NCBI GenBank assembly: GCA_041737385.1
Contig: JBGSRU010000001.1
Coordinates: 3,539-67,538, forward strand
Direction: 5' to 3'
DNA: 64,000 nt
DNA from: Candidatus Saccharimonadales bacterium
Lineage (GTDB): Bacteria > Patescibacteriota > Saccharimonadia > Saccharimonadales > SZUA-47
Shown: positions 8,023 through 17,076 of the stretch, one piece after another
How positions within the stretch are numbered: position 1 is the stretch's first letter
How the letters are laid out: each line of letters begins with the position of its first letter
Position numbers and translations under genes: made by a program
Notes under the pieces: generated by a model
The model's input: the letters and a program-made list of their open reading frames with translations, nothing else
What the model was told of the DNA's origin: nothing
Databases searched by the model: none

Positions 8023-8955
8023 ATGCGTTACAATGGTCTTATGCTTTTCTCAAAAACAAAAACTGACTTTCTAGAGTATCTAGAGATAGAGCAAGGACGC
8101 TCACAAAAAACTATCCAGAACTACGATCACTATCTTATAAGACTCGTCGATTTTGCCGGAGACATTACCATAGCTGATATTGATCCTGAGCTTATCAGAA
8201 AGTGGCGACTATGGCTCAATAGGCTTGGTACAAACACTTCTGATGAGCTCCAAAAGAATACACAGAACTATCACCTTATTGCACTCAGAAGCTTCCTAAA
8301 GTTTTGTGCTAAGCGCGATATAACCGCAATGCCAGCCGACAAGATCGAGCTTGCGCGTGCAACGCGAAAACAAGTGACGTTTCTCAACCAAGATGAGCTA
8401 GAACGGCTTTTTACATCGCCAAATCTAGATACGGTTCAAGGTGTGCGTGATAGAGCCATTTTAGAGCTTTTATTTTCAAGTGGGCTTCGTGTATCCGAAC
8501 TCGTGGGCTTAAATATCGGTGACATCAACCTGAAAAGAAAAGAATTTATGGTGCGTGGTAAAGGTCAAAAGGATCGCCCAATCTTTATCAGCGACGCGGC
8601 GGCATGGTGGGTGCAACAATATACGGACAAACGCACAGACAACAGCACCCCACTATTCATCCGCTACAGCGGAGCCAAGAAAGTATCGGTGAGTGGGAAT
8701 TATAATCGGCTTACCTCTCGTAGCGTGCAGCGGCTCGTTGCTCGTCATGCACTACTAGCAGGAATAACGAAACATGTCAGTCCTCATACTTTGCGGCATT
8801 CGTTCGCAACTGATCTACTCATGAACGGTGCGGATCTGCGCTCAGTCCAAGCGATGCTGGGACACAGCAATATTTCAACAACACAGATATATACACACGT
8901 GACTGATCCTCATCTCAAAGCAGTCCATCAGAAATTCCACCGCTCAACCGAGTAA
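8023..8955 (+). CDS. tyrosine recombinase, XerC/XerD family
   Basis: N-terminal SAM-like domain; C-terminal HTLRHSFATDLLMNGADLRSVQAMLGHSNISTTQIYTHV with the R..H-R-H..Y catalytic pattern. Confidence 0.85.
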   Translation: MRYNGLMLFSKTKTDFLEYLEIEQGRSQKTIQNYDHYLIRLVDFAGDITIADIDPELIRKWRLWLNRLGTNTSDELQKNTQNYHLIALRSFLKFCAKRDITAMPADKIELARATRKQVTFLNQDELERLFTSPNLDTVQGVRDRAILELLFSSGLRVSELVGLNIGDINLKRKEFMVRGKGQKDRPIFISDAAAWWVQQYTDKRTDNSTPLFIRYSGAKKVSVSGNYNRLTSRSVQRLVARHALLAGITKHVSPHTLRHSFATDLLMNGADLRSVQAMLGHSNISTTQIYTHVTDPHLKAVHQKFHRSTE

Positions 8956-8966
8956 GATTCGTAACC

Positions 8967-10040
8967 TTAAGGATAGACGCAGCTGTCAATAACGCGCGGT
9001 GCCGCAGGAATACTTGCATCGACTGCAAGTAGTTTACAAACACCGTCAAAAGCTTGAAATACTGCTTCAGGTGGACTATTAACTCCGGCAACCGGTATCG
9101 CTACTCTTAGGCGCCTCACAACATCTGTTGCTTTAGCAGTTACATCAATACTTGTCTGTGCTTGTCTAAACTCTACCGTCTCTATGCCACCTGTCGGCGT
9201 AATTTCGGTTGCCGATATCACAAGCCGTGCGCTGTCGTATACTGACCTAAATCTACCAGCGTAAGCATTCGATGAGAATCCTGTAATAGTGATGTCACAA
9301 GGTAGTTCTTGCCCTGCAACACATGACACGCCAATCACTTTACCCGGAGAAGATGCTGGGCTGTAAGCATAAGTAGTCGCTGATCCACCTTGACATGGTG
9401 CGAGATACAGGTAATCCGTTGAGTTTATAAGTGCATCACGGCTCAGCGTCGAAGTATTCGTAATGTCGATGCGTATGAGCGGCACAACGCCTGATCGTGA
9501 TGCAGGAAAGTTCCCTGCATCAGGGCCACAGTTAGGTAGGCTATCAATAGCGTTGTTACCCTGCTCATTCGCCCAACGAAAGCGCATAGTAGAAAAAGGG
9601 TTTCCACTATCTGTTTTTAGTTCAGTCACGCGTGATTCTGAAGTGTTTAAGCTGTAGACGAGTTCTGTTGGCGTTTTGTCGTAAAGCGCGCATGTGTAAG
9701 CTATATTACCATCTGAACTTAAGGAGCCAGCGTCTATTGCTGGATTTGGTTGTCCGTTTGACAATGGATTCTCAACATCACAATCTGTTTTTTCGGCTGG
9801 TAAATTAGGGTTAGCCTGCAACGCGCCGTAAATATCATTGATACCTGATTCTGCTGCATACAAAGCCTGTCGAGACAGTTGCCTGTCTAATGTTTGTCGC
9901 TGTTCTCGCTGCATAATTCTAGTGAAGCCAATAGTGATAAGCGATAGTATGATCATAATAAGCGAAGCAACAATAATCGCAACAAAGCCGGCTTCAGGAC
10001 GAGTATGGTTTTTGGTGTTCTTTGTATTCATAAGCATCAT
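8967..10040 (-). CDS. PilX-like T4P minor component (PilX_N-type hydrophobic N-terminus, no Glu+5)
   Basis: N-terminus RPEAGFVAIIVASLIMIILSLITIGF...RQALYAAESG; last gene of the minor-pilin block. Confidence 0.55.
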   Translation of the reverse strand: MMLMNTKNTKNHTRPEAGFVAIIVASLIMIILSLITIGFTRIMQREQRQTLDRQLSRQALYAAESGINDIYGALQANPNLPAEKTDCDVENPLSNGQPNPAIDAGSLSSDGNIAYTCALYDKTPTELVYSLNTSESRVTELKTDSGNPFSTMRFRWANEQGNNAIDSLPNCGPDAGNFPASRSGVVPLIRIDITNTSTLSRDALINSTDYLYLAPCQGGSATTYAYSPASSPGKVIGVSCVAGQELPCDITITGFSSNAYAGRFRSVYDSARLVISATEITPTGGIETVEFRQAQTSIDVTAKATDVVRRLRVAIPVAGVNSPPEAVFQAFDGVCKLLAVDASIPAAPRVIDSCVYP

Positions 10041-10717
10041 TATAACCTTTTTTGTACGGTGACTAAATATTTTGTTGTTGCGCAGAATTCCGTCCCTACA
10101 AAACTACCCTCGCAAGTTAGCTCAGTTGGAGTTCCAGAAGGCCTTGGACTAAGCAAATCATTGTCGCCGTAGGCAACACCAATAGATACTTGATAGGTCT
10201 GGGTTGTCGCATTGATTAATGATATTTGAAGCTGATAGAGCCGCATATTTTCTGGGAGCAAATCTTTACCGTCACTGCTTGGTCTATCTGCGTTCAAATC
10301 AGCAGATGTTCCACAGCCAGCAAGCTGATCAACCCACAAAGCATGTTTCTTGTGTTTTGCTTCAGGAATTGGGCTTGGGTTACTCTTTACCTGCCTATCT
10401 ATCGCGTATGTATACCGCTTTTGTCCAATGCAGAAATACGCGACGTCATCAGATCCCGAAGGCACTTGTGGTCCCGCAACCTGCGGTACACCAATCTGGA
10501 TAGTCTGATTCGTGAAGCGTATAGCTTCGGCTATTTCATCAACGACTGTTCGCGCAACTTCACGAGTTTTATTCTGTGTGACGCTACGGTAGTACATCTT
10601 TGTAATCTGCAGAACACCGGCGAGACAGATCATCAGCACAAGCGAGAATATAGTCGTTGAAATCATCAACTCTATAATAGTAAAACCTTTTTTATTTGTT
10701 TTCTGAAAACTCCTCAT
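10040..10717 (-). CDS. prepilin-type minor pilin (PilW-like position)
   Basis: Class III signal KKG|FTIIELMISTTIFSLVL with Glu+5. Confidence 0.75.
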   Translation of the reverse strand: MRSFQKTNKKGFTIIELMISTTIFSLVLMICLAGVLQITKMYYRSVTQNKTREVARTVVDEIAEAIRFTNQTIQIGVPQVAGPQVPSGSDDVAYFCIGQKRYTYAIDRQVKSNPSPIPEAKHKKHALWVDQLAGCGTSADLNADRPSSDGKDLLPENMRLYQLQISLINATTQTYQVSIGVAYGDNDLLSPRPSGTPTELTCEGSFVGTEFCATTKYLVTVQKRL

Positions 10718-10719
10718 AA

Positions 10720-12378
10720 TTAGTTTCCTTCAATTTCAATAATATAATAAGCATTTGAATCGAAAACTCCATTCCTGAACCAATCATTCCAGGTCCCAGC
10801 CCCTACCCAGTTCATTGCTGCACAATCTTCACCCGGATTACCTAAATTATAATCATTAGGCTCTTCTACGCCAGGGGTAGTACTATCATCATACCAATTT
10901 GTATAATTTACCGATTCACCAGTCACCCACCTCCAAACACCTTCAGTGTCTTTATCATTTAACCCTAACCATATTCTATTTCCAGCTGCTACTGAGTTTG
11001 AAATAAAGCTATTTTCTTGAGTAGAACTGATAGTGACTAAATGGCCACCACTGCCAATAGCTGCAGAATAAGCCTGGTCACAACTCACAGGTGACGAAGA
11101 AAGATAGTATCTATTATTGTTTGGCGGATTTGCAATCTCTGTTACTCCTGCAGGTAAACTACCTGGAGCAGCGGTACTATACTCTATAACGTATCTATTT
11201 GTATCACTAGCTCCTTGATCATCCCATCTTCCATTGCTAGCAGTAGGCCAGTTCATTAACGCATAATTTTGAGCTCCTAACCAGTTATCTGGCTGACCAG
11301 GATTCCAGTTGGTATAGTTATATGGTTCACCCGTTTCCCACAGCCATTCACCTTCTCTGTTTTGGTCAGTTAGTCCAATCCAAGCTGTTTGAGAAAACTT
11401 AGTAGACACATAGCTATTCTCAGCAGGAGACTCGAAAGTTACTAAATGCCCACCTAAAGCTTCAGCATTTGCTTTCGCTTGAGTCCACGTGACTAACTCA
11501 TCTACAAAATAATAAGAACTGCCGTTAGGTCCAATTCCTAGATACGTACTGTTAGGAATAGTTGGGGCAGTAGTAGCAAATGTTTGCTCAGCGCTAGATA
11601 CTTCCTCTCCAGTTCCTGAATTTCTAACTATCAATGTGTATCTATAGGTCTGGCCGGGTATGAGTGAATCGATAGTTCTAGATAGATTGTTTGATGAGAG
11701 GGGTATGGTTGTAACGACACCGGTACTATCTCTTGTGAGTAGTAGCTGACGCGTAGTAGCTACACCCAATATTGATCCAGTCATTGAGGCAGTAGTAACG
11801 TTTCCAGAAATAGTAATAGATCCTATAGAAAGTGGCACAGGAGTTGGTGGGGGTGTTGGTGGTGCTACGACTAAAGGCACTGCCGAGAAGGCATTGCTGC
11901 CAGCTGGATAGACACGGTAGCCTGTTGTGAGTTCTTTCAGTGGCCCGCCACCGAGTGGATCCCACCTTGCACGAATAGTGAATAGATAATCAGCAGATTT
12001 TGTAACGGACATCGAATACCTTCCATTGACTCCATGGTTACATTCAGCGGGATAATTCTGTGCATCATTTAGCTCGTCTTCAGTGAGTGGAGAAGGAAAC
12101 TCTAAATATTGGGCGTTATCGTTTCTAAAACAAAATGAACTCCCGGCCGGCAGAGCTACTAAAGGATTCGTGGTTAGCGTACTTAGCGCACGTAGTTGCT
12201 CTAATTGTGACTCAGCGACTTTCAGCGCCTCGGTACGTTCCTGTGCGTCTTGACCTATAGCAACACTCCTATTCGCAATACCGAAAGCTGCACCCAGAAC
12301 AAGCCCAATAACAGACATGGCAAGTAGTACTTCAATAATAGTATCACCACGCTGAGACATACGGCGGTAGCTCATCAT
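10720..12378 (-). CDS. modular PilV-like minor pilin with FN3/Ig-like spacer and two C-type lectin domains
   Basis: QRG|DTIIEVLLAMSVIGLVLG pilin N-terminus; PPTPPPTP linker; two CTLD signatures (WIGLTDQNREGEWLWETG..NWNPGQPDN..WDD and IWLGLNDKDTEGVWRWVTG..EEPNDY..GEDCAAMN..WND). Confidence 0.8.
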   Translation of the reverse strand: MMSYRRMSQRGDTIIEVLLAMSVIGLVLGAAFGIANRSVAIGQDAQERTEALKVAESQLEQLRALSTLTTNPLVALPAGSSFCFRNDNAQYLEFPSPLTEDELNDAQNYPAECNHGVNGRYSMSVTKSADYLFTIRARWDPLGGGPLKELTTGYRVYPAGSNAFSAVPLVVAPPTPPPTPVPLSIGSITISGNVTTASMTGSILGVATTRQLLLTRDSTGVVTTIPLSSNNLSRTIDSLIPGQTYRYTLIVRNSGTGEEVSSAEQTFATTAPTIPNSTYLGIGPNGSSYYFVDELVTWTQAKANAEALGGHLVTFESPAENSYVSTKFSQTAWIGLTDQNREGEWLWETGEPYNYTNWNPGQPDNWLGAQNYALMNWPTASNGRWDDQGASDTNRYVIEYSTAAPGSLPAGVTEIANPPNNNRYYLSSSPVSCDQAYSAAIGSGGHLVTISSTQENSFISNSVAAGNRIWLGLNDKDTEGVWRWVTGESVNYTNWYDDSTTPGVEEPNDYNLGNPGEDCAAMNWVGAGTWNDWFRNGVFDSNAYYIIEIEGN

Positions 12379-13232
12379 AGATCACATCCTCTGTCATAAG
12401 TATCAATATCTAGTTTCGTCGCATTGCTGCCAAGTGCACCTAGACTCACAGAAGCTTTCATATTATTCTGATCGATGAGGCACAGTACTATACCTTCAGG
12501 TGTATTCGTATTGATATATCCATTTGTAGCTGATTGTGTAGGATCATCAGTTAGGCTGTTGATTATAGTAACTGCTTGCCCCTCAGTCTGCCCGAGTGAC
12601 GTTCCAACGATTCCTCCAATTTTAATTGACTGTGCATCAGACACACTGACACCACCGAAGTTTGACATGAGGCCAATAGTTCCGAAGTCCGTATTTACCG
12701 ACGGGCTTACTGGGCGAATAACCTTACGCACTCTTAACCCGTATAAAAGCATGTATTCTTCTACTGAGCTGTTAAAGGTCGCGTCACTTGTCATTGATAC
12801 TGCCTTAGGCTTCGCATTTGCTATTGTGCTACTTGGCGTTAGTTTAGAATCTTGATAGCGCTTGCCTGCAAGTGTATAAATTCTAAGTACATCCTGCCGA
12901 CCTTCGGGCTGAAACTGCAATGCTTTACCTACATACAAACAGTCGTCACTAGTTCCAAGCTTTTCGCCACCCGCAGTAACATTGTTTATTTGGACATCAC
13001 CTGCCGTTACCTGGCAAGAAATTGTCTCATTCGTTGGAAAGAAACCTGTAGAAACGTCATTTACAAGATCAGCGATCTTAGCGTCAAACTCACGAACAGA
13101 TTGAGCGAACTGTACTTGTTGCTGCCTACCACTGATAGCAGCCATTGCTGCAACAAAAATAACTGCCGATACGGCAATAAATATTAGCACTTCGAGGATT
13201 GTATAGCCCTTATTGGACTTACGCACTTTCAT
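12375..13232 (-). CDS. prepilin-type minor pilin (FimU/GspH-like position)
   Basis: NKG|YTILEVLIFIAVSAVIFVAAMAAI with Glu+5; 4-nt overlap with the next gene. Confidence 0.7.
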   Translation of the reverse strand: MKVRKSNKGYTILEVLIFIAVSAVIFVAAMAAISGRQQQVQFAQSVREFDAKIADLVNDVSTGFFPTNETISCQVTAGDVQINNVTAGGEKLGTSDDCLYVGKALQFQPEGRQDVLRIYTLAGKRYQDSKLTPSSTIANAKPKAVSMTSDATFNSSVEEYMLLYGLRVRKVIRPVSPSVNTDFGTIGLMSNFGGVSVSDAQSIKIGGIVGTSLGQTEGQAVTIINSLTDDPTQSATNGYINTNTPEGIVLCLIDQNNMKASVSLGALGSNATKLDIDTYDRGCDL

Positions 13233-13275
13233 GCTATCAAGTATATAGCATAAGCTTTATTATTTCACCTCTGTT

Positions 13276-14085
13276 TTATAGATACAAAAACGTTGAAGCG
13301 TACCAATCAACTATTTGACTACCAAACAAGTAGGTGAATATTAGCCCAGCTATGAGAAGTGGCCCAAAAGGCAACTTCATTTTAAGTGTGTTTTTGTCTT
13401 TTATAAGCTTCGGCAGAGAAATAATGACTCCAACGGTAGAAGCGACAAATACAGCCAACCATGCTTCTACTGGTGAACCGAGGAATAACCCCATAACAAC
13501 ACCGAATCGCACATCACCGTACCCGATCCATTTACCTTTTGAAAATGTATACAGCAACCAAAATGTGCCTGCGACCGCTAACACTGCGGTGGCGCTCAAC
13601 AATAGATTTCTTAAGACCGCTTCTGGCGAATTAGCGATAGAGACCACTCTGTAAATACCCGCCACTACTATCAACGGATAGACGAGATTATTCGGCAACA
13701 AGTACCATCGTAGATCATACACCGCTAGCCCCATCATCAACACTACTCCAAGTAGCCACACGGCGAGTAATACGCTGCTAACACTCGAGGCTTCTACCTC
13801 TGCTCTATGCAACCAAGAAAGTAAGAATACGGCTCCAGTGATAAACTCCACAACTGGGTAAGCTATAGTGAGCTTTTTTTTACAGTGACGACAACGTCCA
13901 CGCGCCAGCAACCAGCTCAATAGTGGTACAAGATCCCGCGGCTGCAACACGTGGCCACAATGATCACAGTCAGAACGACCTTTAACCCAGTCTTTGCCGG
14001 CTTTCATGCGATCAGCCATTGCTAAGGCAAAACTACCAAACAGTAACCCAAGTATAAACACGTAACAATTAATAAATACATCCAT
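13276..14085 (-). CDS. pilD: prepilin peptidase / N-methyltransferase (A24 family)
   Basis: Cys-rich CDHCGH..CRHC motif, polytopic membrane protein, GYGDVRF active-site Asp box. Confidence 0.9.
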   Translation of the reverse strand: MDVFINCYVFILGLLFGSFALAMADRMKAGKDWVKGRSDCDHCGHVLQPRDLVPLLSWLLARGRCRHCKKKLTIAYPVVEFITGAVFLLSWLHRAEVEASSVSSVLLAVWLLGVVLMMGLAVYDLRWYLLPNNLVYPLIVVAGIYRVVSIANSPEAVLRNLLLSATAVLAVAGTFWLLYTFSKGKWIGYGDVRFGVVMGLFLGSPVEAWLAVFVASTVGVIISLPKLIKDKNTLKMKLPFGPLLIAGLIFTYLFGSQIVDWYASTFLYL

Positions 14086-14159
14086 ACTGTTTATGGTAGC
14101 AGATAAATTAAAAAGACACCCAACGAATTGAATGTCTTTTTAGAGAATTCTATTTTGAC

Positions 14160-14648
14160 TTAGAGATTATCTATACAGAATATCGCGCCACCTTCTTGCT
14201 GTATCCAAAGTGCAAAGTTCCTTGCACTACCACCCGCAAGCGCCTCACCGTTACAAGAACGTGAATTTCTATAGAACACTTGACCAAGAGCTGGCAAATC
14301 AGCACCTGTGGGAACTCCAGTTGCGGGAGCTGTCGCAACATAAGTTATTGTCATGGGCGAACCTGTTCTAGGATCTCTCCTCTCAACTCCGTTAAAATAT
14401 CTTGTCTGTAAATCAGTGATATTTGTAGCACTTGCTGGTATATTACCGTTGTTATTTCCCGCGTAGTTGTTAATTTCTGTGCTCATACGAGCAACAATGG
14501 CTTGTCTCGCGCTGTTTCGTTGGTTTCTCTGTAGTTGTGGCACTGCAATCAATACAACAACCATAATTAGTCCAGCAATTGCTAGCACAATCATCACTTC
14601 GATGATGGTGAAGCCTTTTTGTCTATTTCTCTTTAATTTCTCTATCAT
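14160..14648 (-). CDS. pilA: major type IV pilin
   Basis: MIEKLKRNRQKG|FTIIEVMIVLAIAGLIMVVV. The ORF track extends to 14726, but the upstream 26 codons look non-native. Alternative start: 14726. Confidence 0.8.
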   Translation of the reverse strand: MIEKLKRNRQKGFTIIEVMIVLAIAGLIMVVVLIAVPQLQRNQRNSARQAIVARMSTEINNYAGNNNGNIPASATNITDLQTRYFNGVERRDPRTGSPMTITYVATAPATGVPTGADLPALGQVFYRNSRSCNGEALAGGSARNFALWIQQEGGAIFCIDNL

Positions 14649-14741
14649 TTGTGGTGCCCTGTTACCCTTTATATTACAATTCTTGATTATACTTATTATC
14701 TTACCGCTGAACAAATTAAAACACAAGCATTATTTTATCAG

Positions 14742-15956
14742 TTACCCTCCGAGGTTCTGGCCTACTAGTCCGTATATTGGGAGTAGAATAGCGCTGACAA
14801 TAGTGATAGCCACAACCCCCAGTACAACCATCAACACCGGCTCTATAATAGTTGAGATGGATTTCACTTGGTTATCTACTTCTTTCTCAAAGTAATCTGC
14901 TGTTTTATCAAGCATCTGTTCGAGCGCACCAGAATCTTCTCCAATCTTGAGCATCTTAGGGACGAGATCAAGGAAGTATTCTTCTGGCTCAAGTGATTCT
15001 GACAGTGCTTTACCTCCTTTGACCTTATCCGTTGCACGACCAATCGCCGCCTCGATATGAACATTTGCGATTGCTCTAGAGGTGACATCTAATACTTGAA
15101 TGAGCGGCACCCCACTTGAGACGAGCGTTGTCCCCGTTCTAGAGAACCGGGCCATATACATCTTACTGAACAGCGGACCGATAGGCCACATTTTAAGCTT
15201 AAGTAAATCTACTACTTGCTTACCTGGTCCTGTTCGTGCCCAGCGCGTGGTAAAGAACGTAATTACCCCAATCGCAATCAGCACAAGCCACCAAAACGAA
15301 ATCACAAAACTAGAAGTTGCAAGCAACATCCTTGTAATAAGTGGCAGCTCTGCACCGGGGATGCCATCATAGAGTTCTTCAACTTGCGGCAACACACTGA
15401 CAAGCATAAACGTCACTACTGCAACCATGACTAATATGACTATCACTGGATATATCATCGCACCGCGTACTTTGCTGGCGAGCTCTGCATCTTTTTCCTG
15501 CTGGTTTGCGATTCGATCGAGTGCAGTATCTAAGGTTCCTGATACTTCTCCAGCTGCAACGAGACTGACAAACACTTGGTCAAATATTTTGGGGTGCGCT
15601 CCTAAGCTCTCAGAGAATGACTTTCCGCCTTCAACACTTGAAATAACTTCGCTTAATACCACCTGCAGTTTCTTATTGTTTGTTTGGCCCAGTACAGATC
15701 GGAGGCTCTGGACCAGCGGAAGTCCAGCGTTAATAAGTGTTGATAATTGTCTCGAAAATATAACTTTATCTTTACCTTTTACACGACCATTAATAAATCC
15801 TAACAACCCTGAAGATTCTTTAGTTTGCACTTCTAAGAGTGCGTAGCCTTGTTGCTCGACTGATTTGGCTACAGACTTTTCGCTGTCTGATTGTATATTG
15901 CCTTTGATCTTTTTGCCGGTTGCTGGATCGCGTGCTGTATAAGAAAATTGCACCAT
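14742..15956 (-). CDS. pilC: T4P platform protein (GspF/PilC family)
   Basis: 404 aa, duplicated T2SSF-type domains, three TM segments, typical ...LLPIYGLVGQN C-terminus. Confidence 0.9.
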   Translation of the reverse strand: MVQFSYTARDPATGKKIKGNIQSDSEKSVAKSVEQQGYALLEVQTKESSGLLGFINGRVKGKDKVIFSRQLSTLINAGLPLVQSLRSVLGQTNNKKLQVVLSEVISSVEGGKSFSESLGAHPKIFDQVFVSLVAAGEVSGTLDTALDRIANQQEKDAELASKVRGAMIYPVIVILVMVAVVTFMLVSVLPQVEELYDGIPGAELPLITRMLLATSSFVISFWWLVLIAIGVITFFTTRWARTGPGKQVVDLLKLKMWPIGPLFSKMYMARFSRTGTTLVSSGVPLIQVLDVTSRAIANVHIEAAIGRATDKVKGGKALSESLEPEEYFLDLVPKMLKIGEDSGALEQMLDKTADYFEKEVDNQVKSISTIIEPVLMVVLGVVAITIVSAILLPIYGLVGQNLGG

Positions 15957-15957
15957 A

Positions 15958-17076
15958 TTACCCCCTCATCAACCTATCTAGTTCTTCGATATCGACTGCA
16001 TAGTTTCTTGCCTCATCATAACTAATCGTGCCTGCGTGGATCATAGAAACGAGCATCTTATCCATTGATTGCATACCGTACTCAGCACCAGTTTGTATCA
16101 CTGCATCCAGTTGATGCGTTTTGCCTTCTCTGATTATGTTTCGAACTGCTGGTGTCGCAATCATGATTTCAGAGGCGACAACACGGCCTCCACCAATTGA
16201 TGGGACAAGTCGCTGTGAACAAATTGCCATCAATATGTTGCTGAGCTGCGAGCGGATTTGCGGTTGTTGGTGCGGAGGAAATACATCGATAATACGATCA
16301 ATACTCTGCGCTGCTGAGTTGGTATGCAGGGTTGCGAAGACTAAGTGCCCCGTCTCAGCGATTGTTATCGCACTTGCGATTGTCTCAAGATCACGCATCT
16401 CACCGATGAGCACTACATCCGGATCTTGACGTAAACTAGAGCGAAGCGCTGCAGAAAATGAGAACGTATCGTAATGCACTTCTCGTTGCACGAGTACTGA
16501 TTTCTTAGATTTATGCGTAAACTCAACTGGATCTTCAATGGTGATGATGTGCATTGCTTTTTCAGTATTAATCTTATCAACAAGCGCAGCAAGCGTTGTT
16601 GATTTACCAGAACCAGTTGGACCTGTAACGAGCACAAGACCTCTTGGGTAGTCTGCGAATTTCTTCACGATTTCTGGAAGTCCAAGTTGCTCAATAGTTA
16701 AAATTTCATTTGGGATTAAACGCAGTGCAGCTGCAAGATTGCCTCTTTCGTGAAATGCATTGACTCGAAAACGACCAAGGTCACCGAAAGCAAAACTGAA
16801 GTCAAACTCTTTATCTTTTAGCAAAATTTGCTTCTGATCATCGTCTAATATAGCAAAAATCAATGCTTCGACTGCTTCTTCTGTCAAAATGTCTGAACCT
16901 GAGACAGCAACAAGTGAACCATCGACACGCAACATCGGTGGTAAGCTCACCTGTAAGTGTAGATCAGATGCTTTCTTCTTCACTACTTCTTCTAAGAGGA
17001 GCTCTATTCTTGGTTGTACTGATTGTGCTGCCACCCTGGTTACTTCCTTTTCTTTAAGATGAGCCTTCGGCTGCAA
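15958..17076 (-). CDS. pilT: T4P retraction ATPase
   Basis: Walker A GPTGSGKSTT, Asp/His boxes, PilT-type AIRNIIREGK signature (PAVRNIIREGKTHQ). Confidence 0.9.
   Translation of the reverse strand: MQPKAHLKEKEVTRVAAQSVQPRIELLLEEVVKKKASDLHLQVSLPPMLRVDGSLVAVSGSDILTEEAVEALIFAILDDDQKQILLKDKEFDFSFAFGDLGRFRVNAFHERGNLAAALRLIPNEILTIEQLGLPEIVKKFADYPRGLVLVTGPTGSGKSTTLAALVDKINTEKAMHIITIEDPVEFTHKSKKSVLVQREVHYDTFSFSAALRSSLRQDPDVVLIGEMRDLETIASAITIAETGHLVFATLHTNSAAQSIDRIIDVFPPHQQPQIRSQLSNILMAICSQRLVPSIGGGRVVASEIMIATPAVRNIIREGKTHQLDAVIQTGAEYGMQSMDKMLVSMIHAGTISYDEARNYAVDIEELDRLMRG

Noticed and set aside
8023-8955. Tyrosine recombinase as the integrase responsible for the tRNA-Arg 3'-end duplication 0.6 kb away
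   Set aside because: The sequence has the full XerC/XerD-type N- and C-terminal signatures and sits among core genes. It lies on the 5' side of the tRNA, outside the duplicated segment. A chromosomal dimer-resolution role is more parsimonious, although a link cannot be excluded without comparative data.
10720-12378. C-type-lectin fold as the variable protein of a diversity-generating retroelement
   Set aside because: No reverse transcriptase ORF is present anywhere in the window. I could find no template/variable repeat pair with adenine-specific differences. The domains are the canonical Lectin_C type rather than the DGR CLec/FGE-type.
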